From Alphaproteobacteria bacterium (GTDB lineage: Bacteria; Pseudomonadota; Alphaproteobacteria; UBA828): 64,000 bases of DNA. The translations under genes were made by a program, and so were the position numbers. Positions 1-8,836 of the stretch are shown here, piece by piece. Numbering within the stretch: the first letter of the stretch is position 1; each line of letters starts with the position of its first letter. The notes beneath the pieces are model-generated. The model was given only the letters and a program-made list of their open reading frames with translations, was not told the DNA's origin and searched no databases. The stretch is taken from assembly GCA_965214705.1 (NCBI GenBank), contig CBDCCI010000002.1:1824001-1888000 (forward strand), given 5' to 3'.

Positions 1-1778
1 GGGTCAGCGTCTGCCCCATGGAGACCCGTTCGGCGCTCGGCGCCTACGGTGCCGGCAGCGGCGTCTACACGCTGACCGCAGGCACGCAGGGCGTCCACCT
101 GGTGCGGAGCGTCCTGGCCAAACACGTGCTGAAGGTGCCGGCGCAGCGGGTGCGCGTGGTGACGCCGGATGTGGGCGGCGCCTTCGGGGTCAAGCTCTGG
201 GTCTATCCCGAGTACGCGCTGGTGCTGTTCGCGGCATACAAGCTGGGGCGCCCGGTCAAGTGGGTGGCGGAGCGGGGCGAGGCCATGGCGAGCGATCACC
301 AGGGCCGGGACCTCCGTTCGCGGGCGACGCTCGCGCTGGACGCTGATGGGTATTTCTTGGCGCTTGCCATCGAGAGCGTCGCCAATCTCGGCGCCTATGC
401 CTCCAACTATGGGCCCTCTGTCGCCACTGTGGGCGGCACCCGCGCGCTGATCGGCCCCTACCGGACGCCGGCGCTCCATGTCCGCGTGCGGGCCGCCTAC
501 ACCAACACGGCGCCGACGGACGCCTACCGCGGTGCCGGGAGACCCGAGAACGTCTATCTGCTGGAGCGCCTGATCGACAAAGCGGCGCACGAACTCGGCC
601 TCGATCCCGCCGCGCTGCGCCGGCACAACATGGTTGCCGCCGACGCCATGCCCTACCTCACGCCGCTGGGGCACACCTATGATTCGGGCGACTTCCCCGC
701 GATTCTGGAGAAGGCATGCGATGCGAGCGGCTGGGACGCGGCGCGCAGGCGAGAGGCCGGAGCGGGGGAGGGGACGTGCCTGCGCGGCATCGGGATGGCC
801 TTCTACGTCGATCCCTGCGGCGCCAACCGCAACCAGTGGGTAGCGTTGCGCTTCGACGCGGAAGGTGCTGCGACGCTGCTCATCGGCAGCCAGTCGACGG
901 GGCAGGGGCACGAGACGGCGTATGCCCAGATCGTCGCCGATCATCTTGGCATGCCCGTGAGCCACGTGCGCGTGCGGCAGGGAGACACCGACCTCATCGC
1001 GCACGGCAGCGGCTCCAGCGGCTCGCGAAGCCTCCCCTACGGCGGCAACGCGGTGCTGCGCGCGGCGGACGAAGCGGCGGAGCGCGGGCGCGCCGTTGCC
1101 GCCGCGCTGCTGGAAGCGCGGGAGGCGGACGTGCGCTTCGAGGGCGGGCGCTACCGCATCGCCGGCACGGACCGCGCGGCGGGCTTTGCGGAGGTGGCGC
1201 GCGCCTCGTTCGACCCGGCGCTCCGACCTGAAGCGGAGACGCTCGGCCTCGACGGGGAGGTCAATCACGTAGGCCGCGCCGTGACCTTCGCCAACGGCTG
1301 CCACGTGTGCGAGGTGGAGATCGAGCGGGCCACCGGCCGGGTGCGGATCTTGCGCTACACCACCGTGGACGACTTCGGGCGGATTCTCAATCCGCTTCTG
1401 GCGGAAGGCCAGAACCACGGCGCCATCGCGCAAGGCATCGGCCAGGCATTGACCGAGCACGCGGTCTACGACGAGGCGAGCGGTCAACTCCTCGCCGGCT
1501 CGTTCATGGACTACACGCTGCCGCGCGCCGACGACCTGCCGTTCCTCGACGGGCAGTTCGCCGTGGTACCGTGCCTCACCAACCCGCTCGGCGTGAAGGG
1601 CTTGGGCGAGGCCGGCTCCATCGTGTCGCCGGCGGCGGTGATGAACGCGGTGGCCGATGCGCTTCGCGACCACGGCGGCCACGACGCGGTCGCGATGCCG
1701 GCCACACCCGAAGCGATCTGGCGCATCCTGCACGGGCAATCGCCATCCGGCCCAAAGGAAGGAACCGACCACTCATGA
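1..1778 (+). CDS. Xanthine dehydrogenase-family molybdopterin-binding large subunit (form II CoxL-like), 5'-truncated by the window edge
   Basis: Motifs PDVGGAFGVK, AYRGAGRPE, STGQGHET, GSFMDY and VKGLGEAG. The frame is open upstream of position 18. Confidence 0.9.
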   Translation, partial: VSVCPMETRSALGAYGAGSGVYTLTAGTQGVHLVRSVLAKHVLKVPAQRVRVVTPDVGGAFGVKLWVYPEYALVLFAAYKLGRPVKWVAERGEAMASDHQGRDLRSRATLALDADGYFLALAIESVANLGAYASNYGPSVATVGGTRALIGPYRTPALHVRVRAAYTNTAPTDAYRGAGRPENVYLLERLIDKAAHELGLDPAALRRHNMVAADAMPYLTPLGHTYDSGDFPAILEKACDASGWDAARRREAGAGEGTCLRGIGMAFYVDPCGANRNQWVALRFDAEGAATLLIGSQSTGQGHETAYAQIVADHLGMPVSHVRVRQGDTDLIAHGSGSSGSRSLPYGGNAVLRAADEAAERGRAVAAALLEAREADVRFEGGRYRIAGTDRAAGFAEVARASFDPALRPEAETLGLDGEVNHVGRAVTFANGCHVCEVEIERATGRVRILRYTTVDDFGRILNPLLAEGQNHGAIAQGIGQALTEHAVYDEASGQLLAGSFMDYTLPRADDLPFLDGQFAVVPCLTNPLGVKGLGEAGSIVSPAAVMNAVADALRDHGGHDAVAMPATPEAIWRILHGQSPSGPKEGTDHS

Positions 1779-2806
1779 CGAGCTGGCGCAACCGCAAGAC
1801 CTTGATCCTCAGCCGCACCGACATGATGGGCCTGCTGGAGCCCGGCGAGTACGTCGATTGCGTCGAGACCGCGTTCCGCCGGCACGGCGAGGGGCGCTGC
1901 TACCTGGAGCCCAAGGGCCACATCGTGCTCGACAAATATCCGGGCGAGTGGGAGGTCATGCCCTCCTACATCGAGGAGCCGGCGGGCGCGGGCGTGACCG
2001 AGGCGGCAGCATGCAAGTGGGTCTCGATCCGCGAGCACAACCGCGCGAAGTTCGACTTGCCGACGGTGTTCTCGATCTTGGTCTATACCGAGCCCGAGAC
2101 CGGCTTTCCCCTCGCCATCGTGGACGGCAGCTACCACACCATGATGCGCACCGGCGCATCGGCGGCGGTCTCGATCCGCTGGCTCGCGCGCAAGGATGCG
2201 TCGGTGCTGGCGCTGGTGGGCGCGGGCGACGTGGGCATTGGCTCGCTCCGGACCTGCGCGGCGGTCCGCGAGTGGTCGGAGGTGCGCGTGTGGAGCCGCA
2301 CGCAGGCCACGCTCAATGCCTTCATGGCGAGCGAGGCGCCGCGCCATCCGGACCTCACCCTGGTGGCGTCGACCGATCTGGAGGCAGTGGTGCGGGGCGC
2401 CGATGCGGTCGTGACCACGACCACCGGCGCGGATCCCGTGGTTCGCGACGCATGGATCGCGGACGGCACGCACATCGCGGCGCTGGGCTCCGACCTCGCC
2501 GGCAACCAGGAGCTGGAGAGCGCGATTGCAGCACGGGCCCGCATCCTCGTGGACGACATCAGGCAATGCGTGCCCGACGGCGAGATCAACGTGCCGATTA
2601 CAGAGGGCGTCATCGGGCCGGACGACGTGGCCGGCGAGATCGGCGCCGTCATCTGCGGCCGGCTAGAGGGCCGGCGGGACGATGCCGAGATTACGCTCTT
2701 CGATTCGACCGGAATCGCGATCCAGGATTCGGCGACCGTCCCGCTCGAGTATCAGCGCGCGGTGGAGGCCGGAGTCGGCATCGAGAAGAAGATGATCTCG
2801 ACTTGA
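1775..2806 (+). CDS. Ornithine cyclodeaminase/mu-crystallin family protein
   Basis: MRTGASAAV, Rossmann VGAGDVG, GTHIAALGSD and ITLFDSTGIAIQD. ATGA overlap with the upstream gene and an AAGGAAGG RBS. Confidence 0.9.
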   Translation: MTSWRNRKTLILSRTDMMGLLEPGEYVDCVETAFRRHGEGRCYLEPKGHIVLDKYPGEWEVMPSYIEEPAGAGVTEAAACKWVSIREHNRAKFDLPTVFSILVYTEPETGFPLAIVDGSYHTMMRTGASAAVSIRWLARKDASVLALVGAGDVGIGSLRTCAAVREWSEVRVWSRTQATLNAFMASEAPRHPDLTLVASTDLEAVVRGADAVVTTTTGADPVVRDAWIADGTHIAALGSDLAGNQELESAIAARARILVDDIRQCVPDGEINVPITEGVIGPDDVAGEIGAVICGRLEGRRDDAEITLFDSTGIAIQDSATVPLEYQRAVEAGVGIEKKMIST

Positions 2807-2831
2807 TCGGCGCCCTGCGATCAGCGGTCGC

Positions 2832-3596
2832 CTAGCCGTTGTCCCAGATCACCTTCGGGTAGGGCACGACCCAAGAAGCCTTGAGGTACCAGGTCTCCAA
2901 AATCTCCACCGGCGCGAGCCTGTGGAGATGCGGGTAGAGGCCGGAGCGCCCGAGCTCCAGATGGCCGGTGCCGGTCCAGATCTCGTGCAGGGCGAAGTCC
3001 TCGGGCCGGATCAGGAGCAGCTGCTTGATCGGCTTGCCGCCTTCCTCGGGGTTGGGAATCTTGCGGATCTGCAGGAAGTCGGCGTCGACTAGCTCTGCGA
3101 AGCGATCCTCGATGGCGCTGTCGGCGCGGCGGATCGGCGGCGGGCTGGTGACGTTCATGCTGAGCCGCATGAGGCATTCGCTGGCGCGGTCGCAGTGGCC
3201 GATCACCTGGCTGCCGTAGAACTTGAGCGGCGTGGTGTCGCACAGGTTGGCGGGCCAGCCGTAGATCTCGCGCTCGAAGGTGAGCGCCATGTCGTTGTCG
3301 ACCCAGATGTAGTTGATGTACCAGCCGGTCCACTCCTTGTAGCGGACCATGATGCCGGTCAGGCACTCGTGATAGAGCTCGACCGAGTGGGTCGGCTGAC
3401 CCATGTCGCCGAGCCAGGCGAGCACGAGGTTGGGCTCGACCGGCTCCAGCGGCTCCGGCACCTCGAAGGCGACCGCGGCCGGGTCGGCGCGGTAGGCCAT
3501 CATCAGGATTTTGCTGTCGGGCGTTGCGTAGAATGGCGGCTTCGTGAAGGTCGGCGCCGCGAGCGGCATCGAATAGCCTTCTTCGTGCTCCTTCAT
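2832..3596 (-). CDS. Acetoacetate decarboxylase-like family protein
   Basis: YSMP..AP N-terminus, VPEPLEP, Y.E, YIWVDND.A..REIYGWP; GAGGGAG RBS. Confidence 0.75.
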   Translation of the reverse strand: MKEHEEGYSMPLAAPTFTKPPFYATPDSKILMMAYRADPAAVAFEVPEPLEPVEPNLVLAWLGDMGQPTHSVELYHECLTGIMVRYKEWTGWYINYIWVDNDMALTFEREIYGWPANLCDTTPLKFYGSQVIGHCDRASECLMRLSMNVTSPPPIRRADSAIEDRFAELVDADFLQIRKIPNPEEGGKPIKQLLLIRPEDFALHEIWTGTGHLELGRSGLYPHLHRLAPVEILETWYLKASWVVPYPKVIWDNG

Positions 3597-3681
3597 GGTC
3601 TCCCTCTTGTCGTTGGTCGCGGTGGCGTATCGGGCGCGGCGAGTGTGGTGGCGATGGCTGGGGTGGTCAAATTGAGGCCGG

Positions 3682-4434
3682 CTAATAGGTCGCGCGGCCG
3701 CCTGACAGATCGAACACGCCGCCGGTCGAAAACGAGCAGTCCTCCGAGCAGAGCCAGGCGACCATGGCGGCGATCTCTTGTGGCAGCCCGAAGCGGCCGA
3801 GCGGAATTTTCGACTTCATCATGTCGATGTGGGTCTGGGTCATCTGGTCGAAGATGCGGGTCTCCACGGCTGCAGGCGTCACGCAGTTCACCAGCACGCC
3901 GGAGCCTGCGAGCTCCTTGCCGAGGCTCTTGGTAAGCGCGATCAGGCCGCCCTTCGCCGCGCTGTAGGCAGGCGCGTTGGGGTTGCCCTCCTTGCCGGCC
4001 ACCGAGGCGATGTTGACGATCCGCCCCCAACCAGCGTCCTTCATCAGCGGCACCACGGCGCGGCTCACCAGGAAGGGGCCGTTGAGGTCGATTTCGATCA
4101 CCCGGCGCCAGTCGTCAACGGGGTATTCCCAGGTCGGCATGTTGGGGCCGGAGATGCCCGCGTTGTTGACCAGGATGTCGATGCCACCGGAGCTGGCCAG
4201 CGTCTCGCGAAGGGCTGCCTCCACCGCATCCGGATCGGAAACATCGACTTCGATCCACCCGGCAGGGCCACCGTGGGGCCAGTCGGCCTGCGCCTTCTCC
4301 ATCGCGGCTGGGTCGAAATCCCAGACGTAGACGGCGGCGCCCGAGGCCTGCAGCCGCTGGCCGATGGCGCGCCCCAGCCCCTGGGCTGCGCCGGTCACGA
4401 TGGCGCGGCGGCCATTCAGGTCGATGCTGTTCAT
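3682..4434 (-). CDS. SDR family NAD(P)-dependent oxidoreductase
   Basis: TGAAQGLG, NNAG and YSAAK motifs. Start set at MNSIDL after an AAAGGA RBS. Confidence 0.92.
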   Translation of the reverse strand: MNSIDLNGRRAIVTGAAQGLGRAIGQRLQASGAAVYVWDFDPAAMEKAQADWPHGGPAGWIEVDVSDPDAVEAALRETLASSGGIDILVNNAGISGPNMPTWEYPVDDWRRVIEIDLNGPFLVSRAVVPLMKDAGWGRIVNIASVAGKEGNPNAPAYSAAKGGLIALTKSLGKELAGSGVLVNCVTPAAVETRIFDQMTQTHIDMMKSKIPLGRFGLPQEIAAMVAWLCSEDCSFSTGGVFDLSGGRATY

Positions 4435-4506
4435 GGAATCAGTTCCTTTGTCTGCCCGGCGTCTGTCATCGGTTGCCAGGAATGCCAGCAGAGGCACGCG
4501 AGGGCA

Positions 4507-4764
4507 TCAAGAAGCAGGAGGCTCGCTACCGTCACCGTAGAATCCTATCTCCAGCTCTTTCGGGAGTGGGGCGTCGAAGTCGTCGGCCATCCAGACTTGG
4601 CCTTCCCAGCCGCCGGGCTTGCGCGGGCGCGTCGAGGCTTCCAGCGCGACCAGGCGTGCTACCGGCCGGTTGTGCTTGGTGATGACGATCTCCTCCCCGT
4701 CGGCTGCCTCTTCGACGAGACGCGACAGAAGGGCCTTCGCTTGGCTGATGTTGACTACGCGCAT
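4507..4764 (-). CDS. Phd/YefM family antitoxin (orphan)
   Basis: VNISQAKALLSRLVEEA..GEEIVITKHNRPVARLV plus the RKPGGWEGQVWMADDFDAPLP tail typical of VapC-partnered Phd proteins. Confidence 0.9.
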   Translation of the reverse strand: MRVVNISQAKALLSRLVEEAADGEEIVITKHNRPVARLVALEASTRPRKPGGWEGQVWMADDFDAPLPKELEIGFYGDGSEPPAS

Positions 4765-4865
4765 CTGGATGACCTAAGCGCGACCATGGGCGCCGTCAAC
4801 AGCTTCCAGGTGTTCACCACTGGCTCTGGCGCCGCAGGTCGTCTCGGGCCACCATGCGGGCCACC

Positions 4866-5750
4866 ATGAACGGGATCGTCGACGCTCACCATCACATCTG
4901 GCGCCAGCGCGACCTGCCGTGGCTCATGGGCCCGATGCAGCCGCGCATCTTCGGCCCCTACGAGCCGATCCGGCGCGACTATGCCATCGAGGAGTATCTG
5001 GGCGACATCGAGGGCAGCGGCGTCGCGCAGTCGATCTATGTGCAGGCCAACTGGGCGCCCGCGCGGGCGGTCGACGAGGTGGCGTGGGTGCAGGGCGAGG
5101 CCGACCGCACCGGCTACCCTCACGCCATCGTGGGCTACGCCGACCTGCGCGACCAGGACGTCGGCGCGGTGCTCAAGGCGCAAGCCCAGTACCCGCTGCT
5201 GCGCGGCATCCGCATGCAGCTACACTGGCACGAGAACGAGCAATACCGCTTTGCCGACGGGCCTGCGGTGATGAACGACGCGGCGCTGCGCCGCAACGTC
5301 GGGCTGCTGGCCGATCACGGTTTCGTCTTCGAGCTGCAGATCTTTTCCGCGCAGATGGCGGACGGCGCCGCCTTCGCTGCGGCGTTCCCCGACGTGCCGA
5401 TGGTGCTCGCCCACTGTGGGATGCCCGAGGACCTCACGACCGAAGGCTGGCAGGCCTGGCGCGAGGGTATGGAGCGGCTCGCCGCCGTGTCCAGCGTCTC
5501 CGCCAAACTCTCGGGGCTCGGTACCTTCATCCACCGGGTCGACCAGGCCCATATCGCGCGCACGGTGCGCGAGACTGTCGATCTGTTCGGGCCGGAGCGC
5601 TGCCTCTATGGCAGCAACTTCCCCATCGAGAAGCTGTGGACCGACTACGCGAGCCTGATCGGCGCCTACCGGAAGGCGCTGGCGTACTTGAGCGAGGCGG
5701 ATCAGGCGCAGATATTCGCCGGCACCGCTCGGCGGCTTTACCGGCTGTAG
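4866..5750 (+). CDS. Amidohydrolase family protein (lactonase-like)
   Basis: IVDAHHHIW, VLAHCGMP, KLSGL and YGSNFP motifs. Confidence 0.88.
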   Translation: MNGIVDAHHHIWRQRDLPWLMGPMQPRIFGPYEPIRRDYAIEEYLGDIEGSGVAQSIYVQANWAPARAVDEVAWVQGEADRTGYPHAIVGYADLRDQDVGAVLKAQAQYPLLRGIRMQLHWHENEQYRFADGPAVMNDAALRRNVGLLADHGFVFELQIFSAQMADGAAFAAAFPDVPMVLAHCGMPEDLTTEGWQAWREGMERLAAVSSVSAKLSGLGTFIHRVDQAHIARTVRETVDLFGPERCLYGSNFPIEKLWTDYASLIGAYRKALAYLSEADQAQIFAGTARRLYRL

Positions 5751-5800
5751 CCGGGCGGCAACGCCGCCGGCAGGGACGAGACAGAAGGGAAGGAACGACA

Positions 5801-6205
5801 ATGGCAATCGAACGCGTGCGGACGCCCCACGTGGCCGAGCCGGCCCCCGGCCTCTGGTCCAACTGCCTGCGTTGCGGCAACCAGGTCTACATTGCGGGCC
5901 TCGTGGCGGTGGACGCGGACTTCAACGTGCTTGCGGTGGGCGATCCGGGCGAGCAGTCGCGCATCATCTTCCGCAACATCCGGCACTATCTCGAAGCCGC
6001 CGGCGGCAGCCTTGCCGACATCGTCCGGATGCGGGTGTATCTGTCGAATCTGGAGCGCGACCGCCCGGCCTTCTTGGAGGCACGGCGGGAGTTCTTCACG
6101 GGCGACTTCCCGTGCTCGACTCTGGTGGAGGTCGCAGCGCTGGTCTCGCCGGAGATGCTGGTCGAGGTGGATGCCGATGCCATCATCGGTGCCGGTGCGG
6201 CATAG
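5801..6205 (+). CDS. Rid (YjgF/YER057c/UK114) family protein
   Basis: VYIAG, GGSLADIVRMRVY and FPCSTLVEVAAL..LVEVDA; AAGGA RBS. Confidence 0.85.
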   Translation: MAIERVRTPHVAEPAPGLWSNCLRCGNQVYIAGLVAVDADFNVLAVGDPGEQSRIIFRNIRHYLEAAGGSLADIVRMRVYLSNLERDRPAFLEARREFFTGDFPCSTLVEVAALVSPEMLVEVDADAIIGAGAA

Positions 6206-6283
6206 CATCGGCGACACGAAGTGATAGGATCGGGCCGCCGCCGGGCGTGAGCGAGGCGCGTCGCCGCAAAGGGAGATGAGAAG

Positions 6284-7180
6284 ATGATCGAGGTCAATTC
6301 ACCGAGGCTGCTGGACCTCGTGGCCGAGGATGCCAGTGTCGACCAGATTTGCACGGGCTTTATGTTCACCGAGGGGCCGATCTGGCACCCCGGCGAGCAA
6401 TGCCTCTACTTCAGCGACATCCCGGCGGACACGCGCCGGCGCTGGAGCGCGGCGGACGGTGCCAGCGACGTGCGCCACCCCAACAACAAGGGCAACGGCA
6501 TGACGCTGGATGCCGACCTCAACCTCTACATCTGCGAGCATGTGACCAGCGTGCTGGCGCGCGAGACGCCGTCCGGCGAGCGCCAGGTGCTGGCCTCGCA
6601 TTACGACGGCAAGGAGCTGAACAGTCCCAACGACGTGGTGGTGAAGTCAGACGGCTCGGTCTACTTCTCCGATCCGTGGTACGGCCGCATGCCGGTCTTC
6701 GGCGAAGAGCGAGAGCGGGAGCTGGGCTTCCAGGCGGTCTTCCGCGTCGCGACCAACGGCGAAGTCCATTGCGAGGTCGATGACTTCGACCAACCGAACG
6801 GCCTCTGCTTCTCACCGGACGAGAGCATCCTCTACGTCAACGACACGACCCGCGCGCACATCCGGGTGTTCGACGTGGGCGAGGACGGCTCGCTCTCCAA
6901 CGGGCGCATGTTCGCCGAGAACGTCGGTGACGGTGTGCTGGAGAACGGCGTGGTCGACGGCATGAAGTGCGACGAGCACGGCAACGTCTACGTCACCGGC
7001 CCGCGCGGCTTCTGGGTTTACGCGCCGGACGGCGAGCACCTCGGCGTGATCGGAATGCCGGAGCACTCGGCCAACCTCAACTGGGGCGGCACCGGGTGGA
7101 ACGAGCTCTACTGCACCTGCTCGACCTCGGTTTATCGGATTGCGCTTAAGGTCGCCGGCAACCGCCTGGCGTACATGTAG
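6284..7180 (+). CDS. SMP-30/gluconolactonase/LRE family protein
   Basis: FTEGPIW, LNSPNDVV, PNGLCFSPDE and DGMKCD. Confidence 0.92.
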   Translation: MIEVNSPRLLDLVAEDASVDQICTGFMFTEGPIWHPGEQCLYFSDIPADTRRRWSAADGASDVRHPNNKGNGMTLDADLNLYICEHVTSVLARETPSGERQVLASHYDGKELNSPNDVVVKSDGSVYFSDPWYGRMPVFGEERERELGFQAVFRVATNGEVHCEVDDFDQPNGLCFSPDESILYVNDTTRAHIRVFDVGEDGSLSNGRMFAENVGDGVLENGVVDGMKCDEHGNVYVTGPRGFWVYAPDGEHLGVIGMPEHSANLNWGGTGWNELYCTCSTSVYRIALKVAGNRLAYM

Positions 7181-7191
7181 GGGAGGGAGCC

Positions 7192-7803
7192 ATGGCCTTC
7201 GAACTGGACCCTGCGCGCAGCGCGCTGATCATCCAGGACCTGCAGAACGACGTGATCGCGGAAGGCGGCGCCTTCGCCGATTCCGGCGCGCCGGCGCACG
7301 CGCAGTCGCAGAACGTGGTGGAGAACGTGAAGTCTCTCGCCGCAGCCGCACGCAAGGCCGGCATGGCGGTCATCCACGTCCATTACATCGTGGAGGAAGG
7401 CGCGCCGGGCCTGAAGCTGAACGCGCCGCTCTTCCAGGGCATCGCCGAGGCGAAGGCGATGGTGCGCGGCAGCTGGGGTGCTGCGGCTGTGGCGGGGCTG
7501 GAGCCGCAGTCGGGCGATCTGGTGGTCGAGAAGATGCGCATGAACGCGTTCCACGACACACACCTCGAGACCATCCTCAAGGGGCTCGGCGTGGACACCA
7601 TCGTGATCTCCGGCGCGTGGACCAACTTCTCGGTCGAGCACACCGCGCGGCACGGTGCCGATGCCGGCTACCGTGCCGTCGTGCTCACCGACGGCACCTC
7701 CACCGTCAACGATGAGTGGCACAACGCCGGCCTCAACTACGCGCTGGAGAATATCGCCGAACGCGTCACCTGCGCCGAGGCGGCGGCAGCGCTGGGGGGC
7801 TGA
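7192..7803 (+). CDS. Isochorismatase/cysteine hydrolase family protein
   Basis: ALIIQDLQND, EK.RMNAF and GAWTNFSVEHTARHGADAG (Ser at the usual nucleophilic Cys position). Confidence 0.85.
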   Translation: MAFELDPARSALIIQDLQNDVIAEGGAFADSGAPAHAQSQNVVENVKSLAAAARKAGMAVIHVHYIVEEGAPGLKLNAPLFQGIAEAKAMVRGSWGAAAVAGLEPQSGDLVVEKMRMNAFHDTHLETILKGLGVDTIVISGAWTNFSVEHTARHGADAGYRAVVLTDGTSTVNDEWHNAGLNYALENIAERVTCAEAAAALGG

Positions 7804-7818
7804 GACACCGCTGGCGTG

Positions 7819-8664
7819 TCAGTCCGGCAGGGGCGCGAGAAGGTCGTTGCGGGCGCTGAGGAAGTTGACCACCACCCGCATGTTCTCCTCGGTGCCGTCG
7901 AACAGCGTCGAGTGGTTCGAGCCCCGGACCACGTACTTGACGGCGTTCGGGATGTTCTCGGCGAGCCAGGTCTGGCCGGCGCCGGTCTCGCCCACCTCCC
8001 ACGGCGTCATGATGTCCTCGTCGCCGCCGATCACTAGGGTCGGCGCCTTGATCTGCGCGGCGTAGGGCCGGAGGTCCATCTCCATCATCGCGCGGCAGGC
8101 CCGCTGGTAAACCTCCCGTCGGTTCGAGCGCTCCAGGATGTCCTGGATCATGTCGACCGCGCCGGCGCCGTTCGGCCCGTCGAGAAATTTTCGGGAGAGC
8201 GCCTGAACTGCGATCAGCTCGGCCAGGGTGCGGCTGCCGCAGCCGTAGGCCTCGGAGATATCGATCCAGTTCTGGAAGGTGAGGCGGCCGGCGAGATCGA
8301 GCTTCGCGGCCGAGCAGTTGATGACTAGCCGGTCGGTCCGGTCGGCGTACTTGGCGCCGAAGACCTGGGCGATCATTCCGCCCATCGAGGTGCCGTGGAT
8401 GTGGGCGCGCTCGATCTTCAGCGCGTCCATGAGGCCGGCCACGTCGTCGGCCCACACTTCCATGTCGTAGGGCTGGATGGGCTTGTCGGACTGCCCGTAG
8501 CCGCGCATGTCGAAATCGATGCAGCGGAAGTATTTCGACGCGATCGGAGTCGCGGTGGCGAAGTTGAAGTGACCGAAGCCCGCACCGTGGATGTGAACCA
8601 CGGGCGTGCCTTCACCCGTCGTCTCGTACCAGAGCTTGACGCCGTTGACCTCCGCGAACGCCAT
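7819..8664 (-). CDS. Alpha/beta hydrolase
   Basis: DMRGYGQSD, nucleophile GTSMGG, PTLVIGGDED and catalytic His in GSNHS. Confidence 0.9.
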   Translation of the reverse strand: MAFAEVNGVKLWYETTGEGTPVVHIHGAGFGHFNFATATPIASKYFRCIDFDMRGYGQSDKPIQPYDMEVWADDVAGLMDALKIERAHIHGTSMGGMIAQVFGAKYADRTDRLVINCSAAKLDLAGRLTFQNWIDISEAYGCGSRTLAELIAVQALSRKFLDGPNGAGAVDMIQDILERSNRREVYQRACRAMMEMDLRPYAAQIKAPTLVIGGDEDIMTPWEVGETGAGQTWLAENIPNAVKYVVRGSNHSTLFDGTEENMRVVVNFLSARNDLLAPLPD

Positions 8665-8836
8665 GACCGCCTCCCCTTTGTCAGCCTCGCGTGCCGTGAG
8701 CGGCCGATACTACACCGCTGGCGCTGCGAAAAAACGCGCGGTTGTCTCGGGTCCGCGCGATTCTGTTTGCCATCCAGGGGCGTTGAGACCAAAGTCCCGC
8801 GGCCGCGACGCGGCGAATCGGGCAAGGGGACAGGGC

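Noticed and set aside
1-1778. True aerobic CO dehydrogenase (form I CoxL)
   Set aside because: The active-site loop is AYRGAGR, not AYxCSFR.
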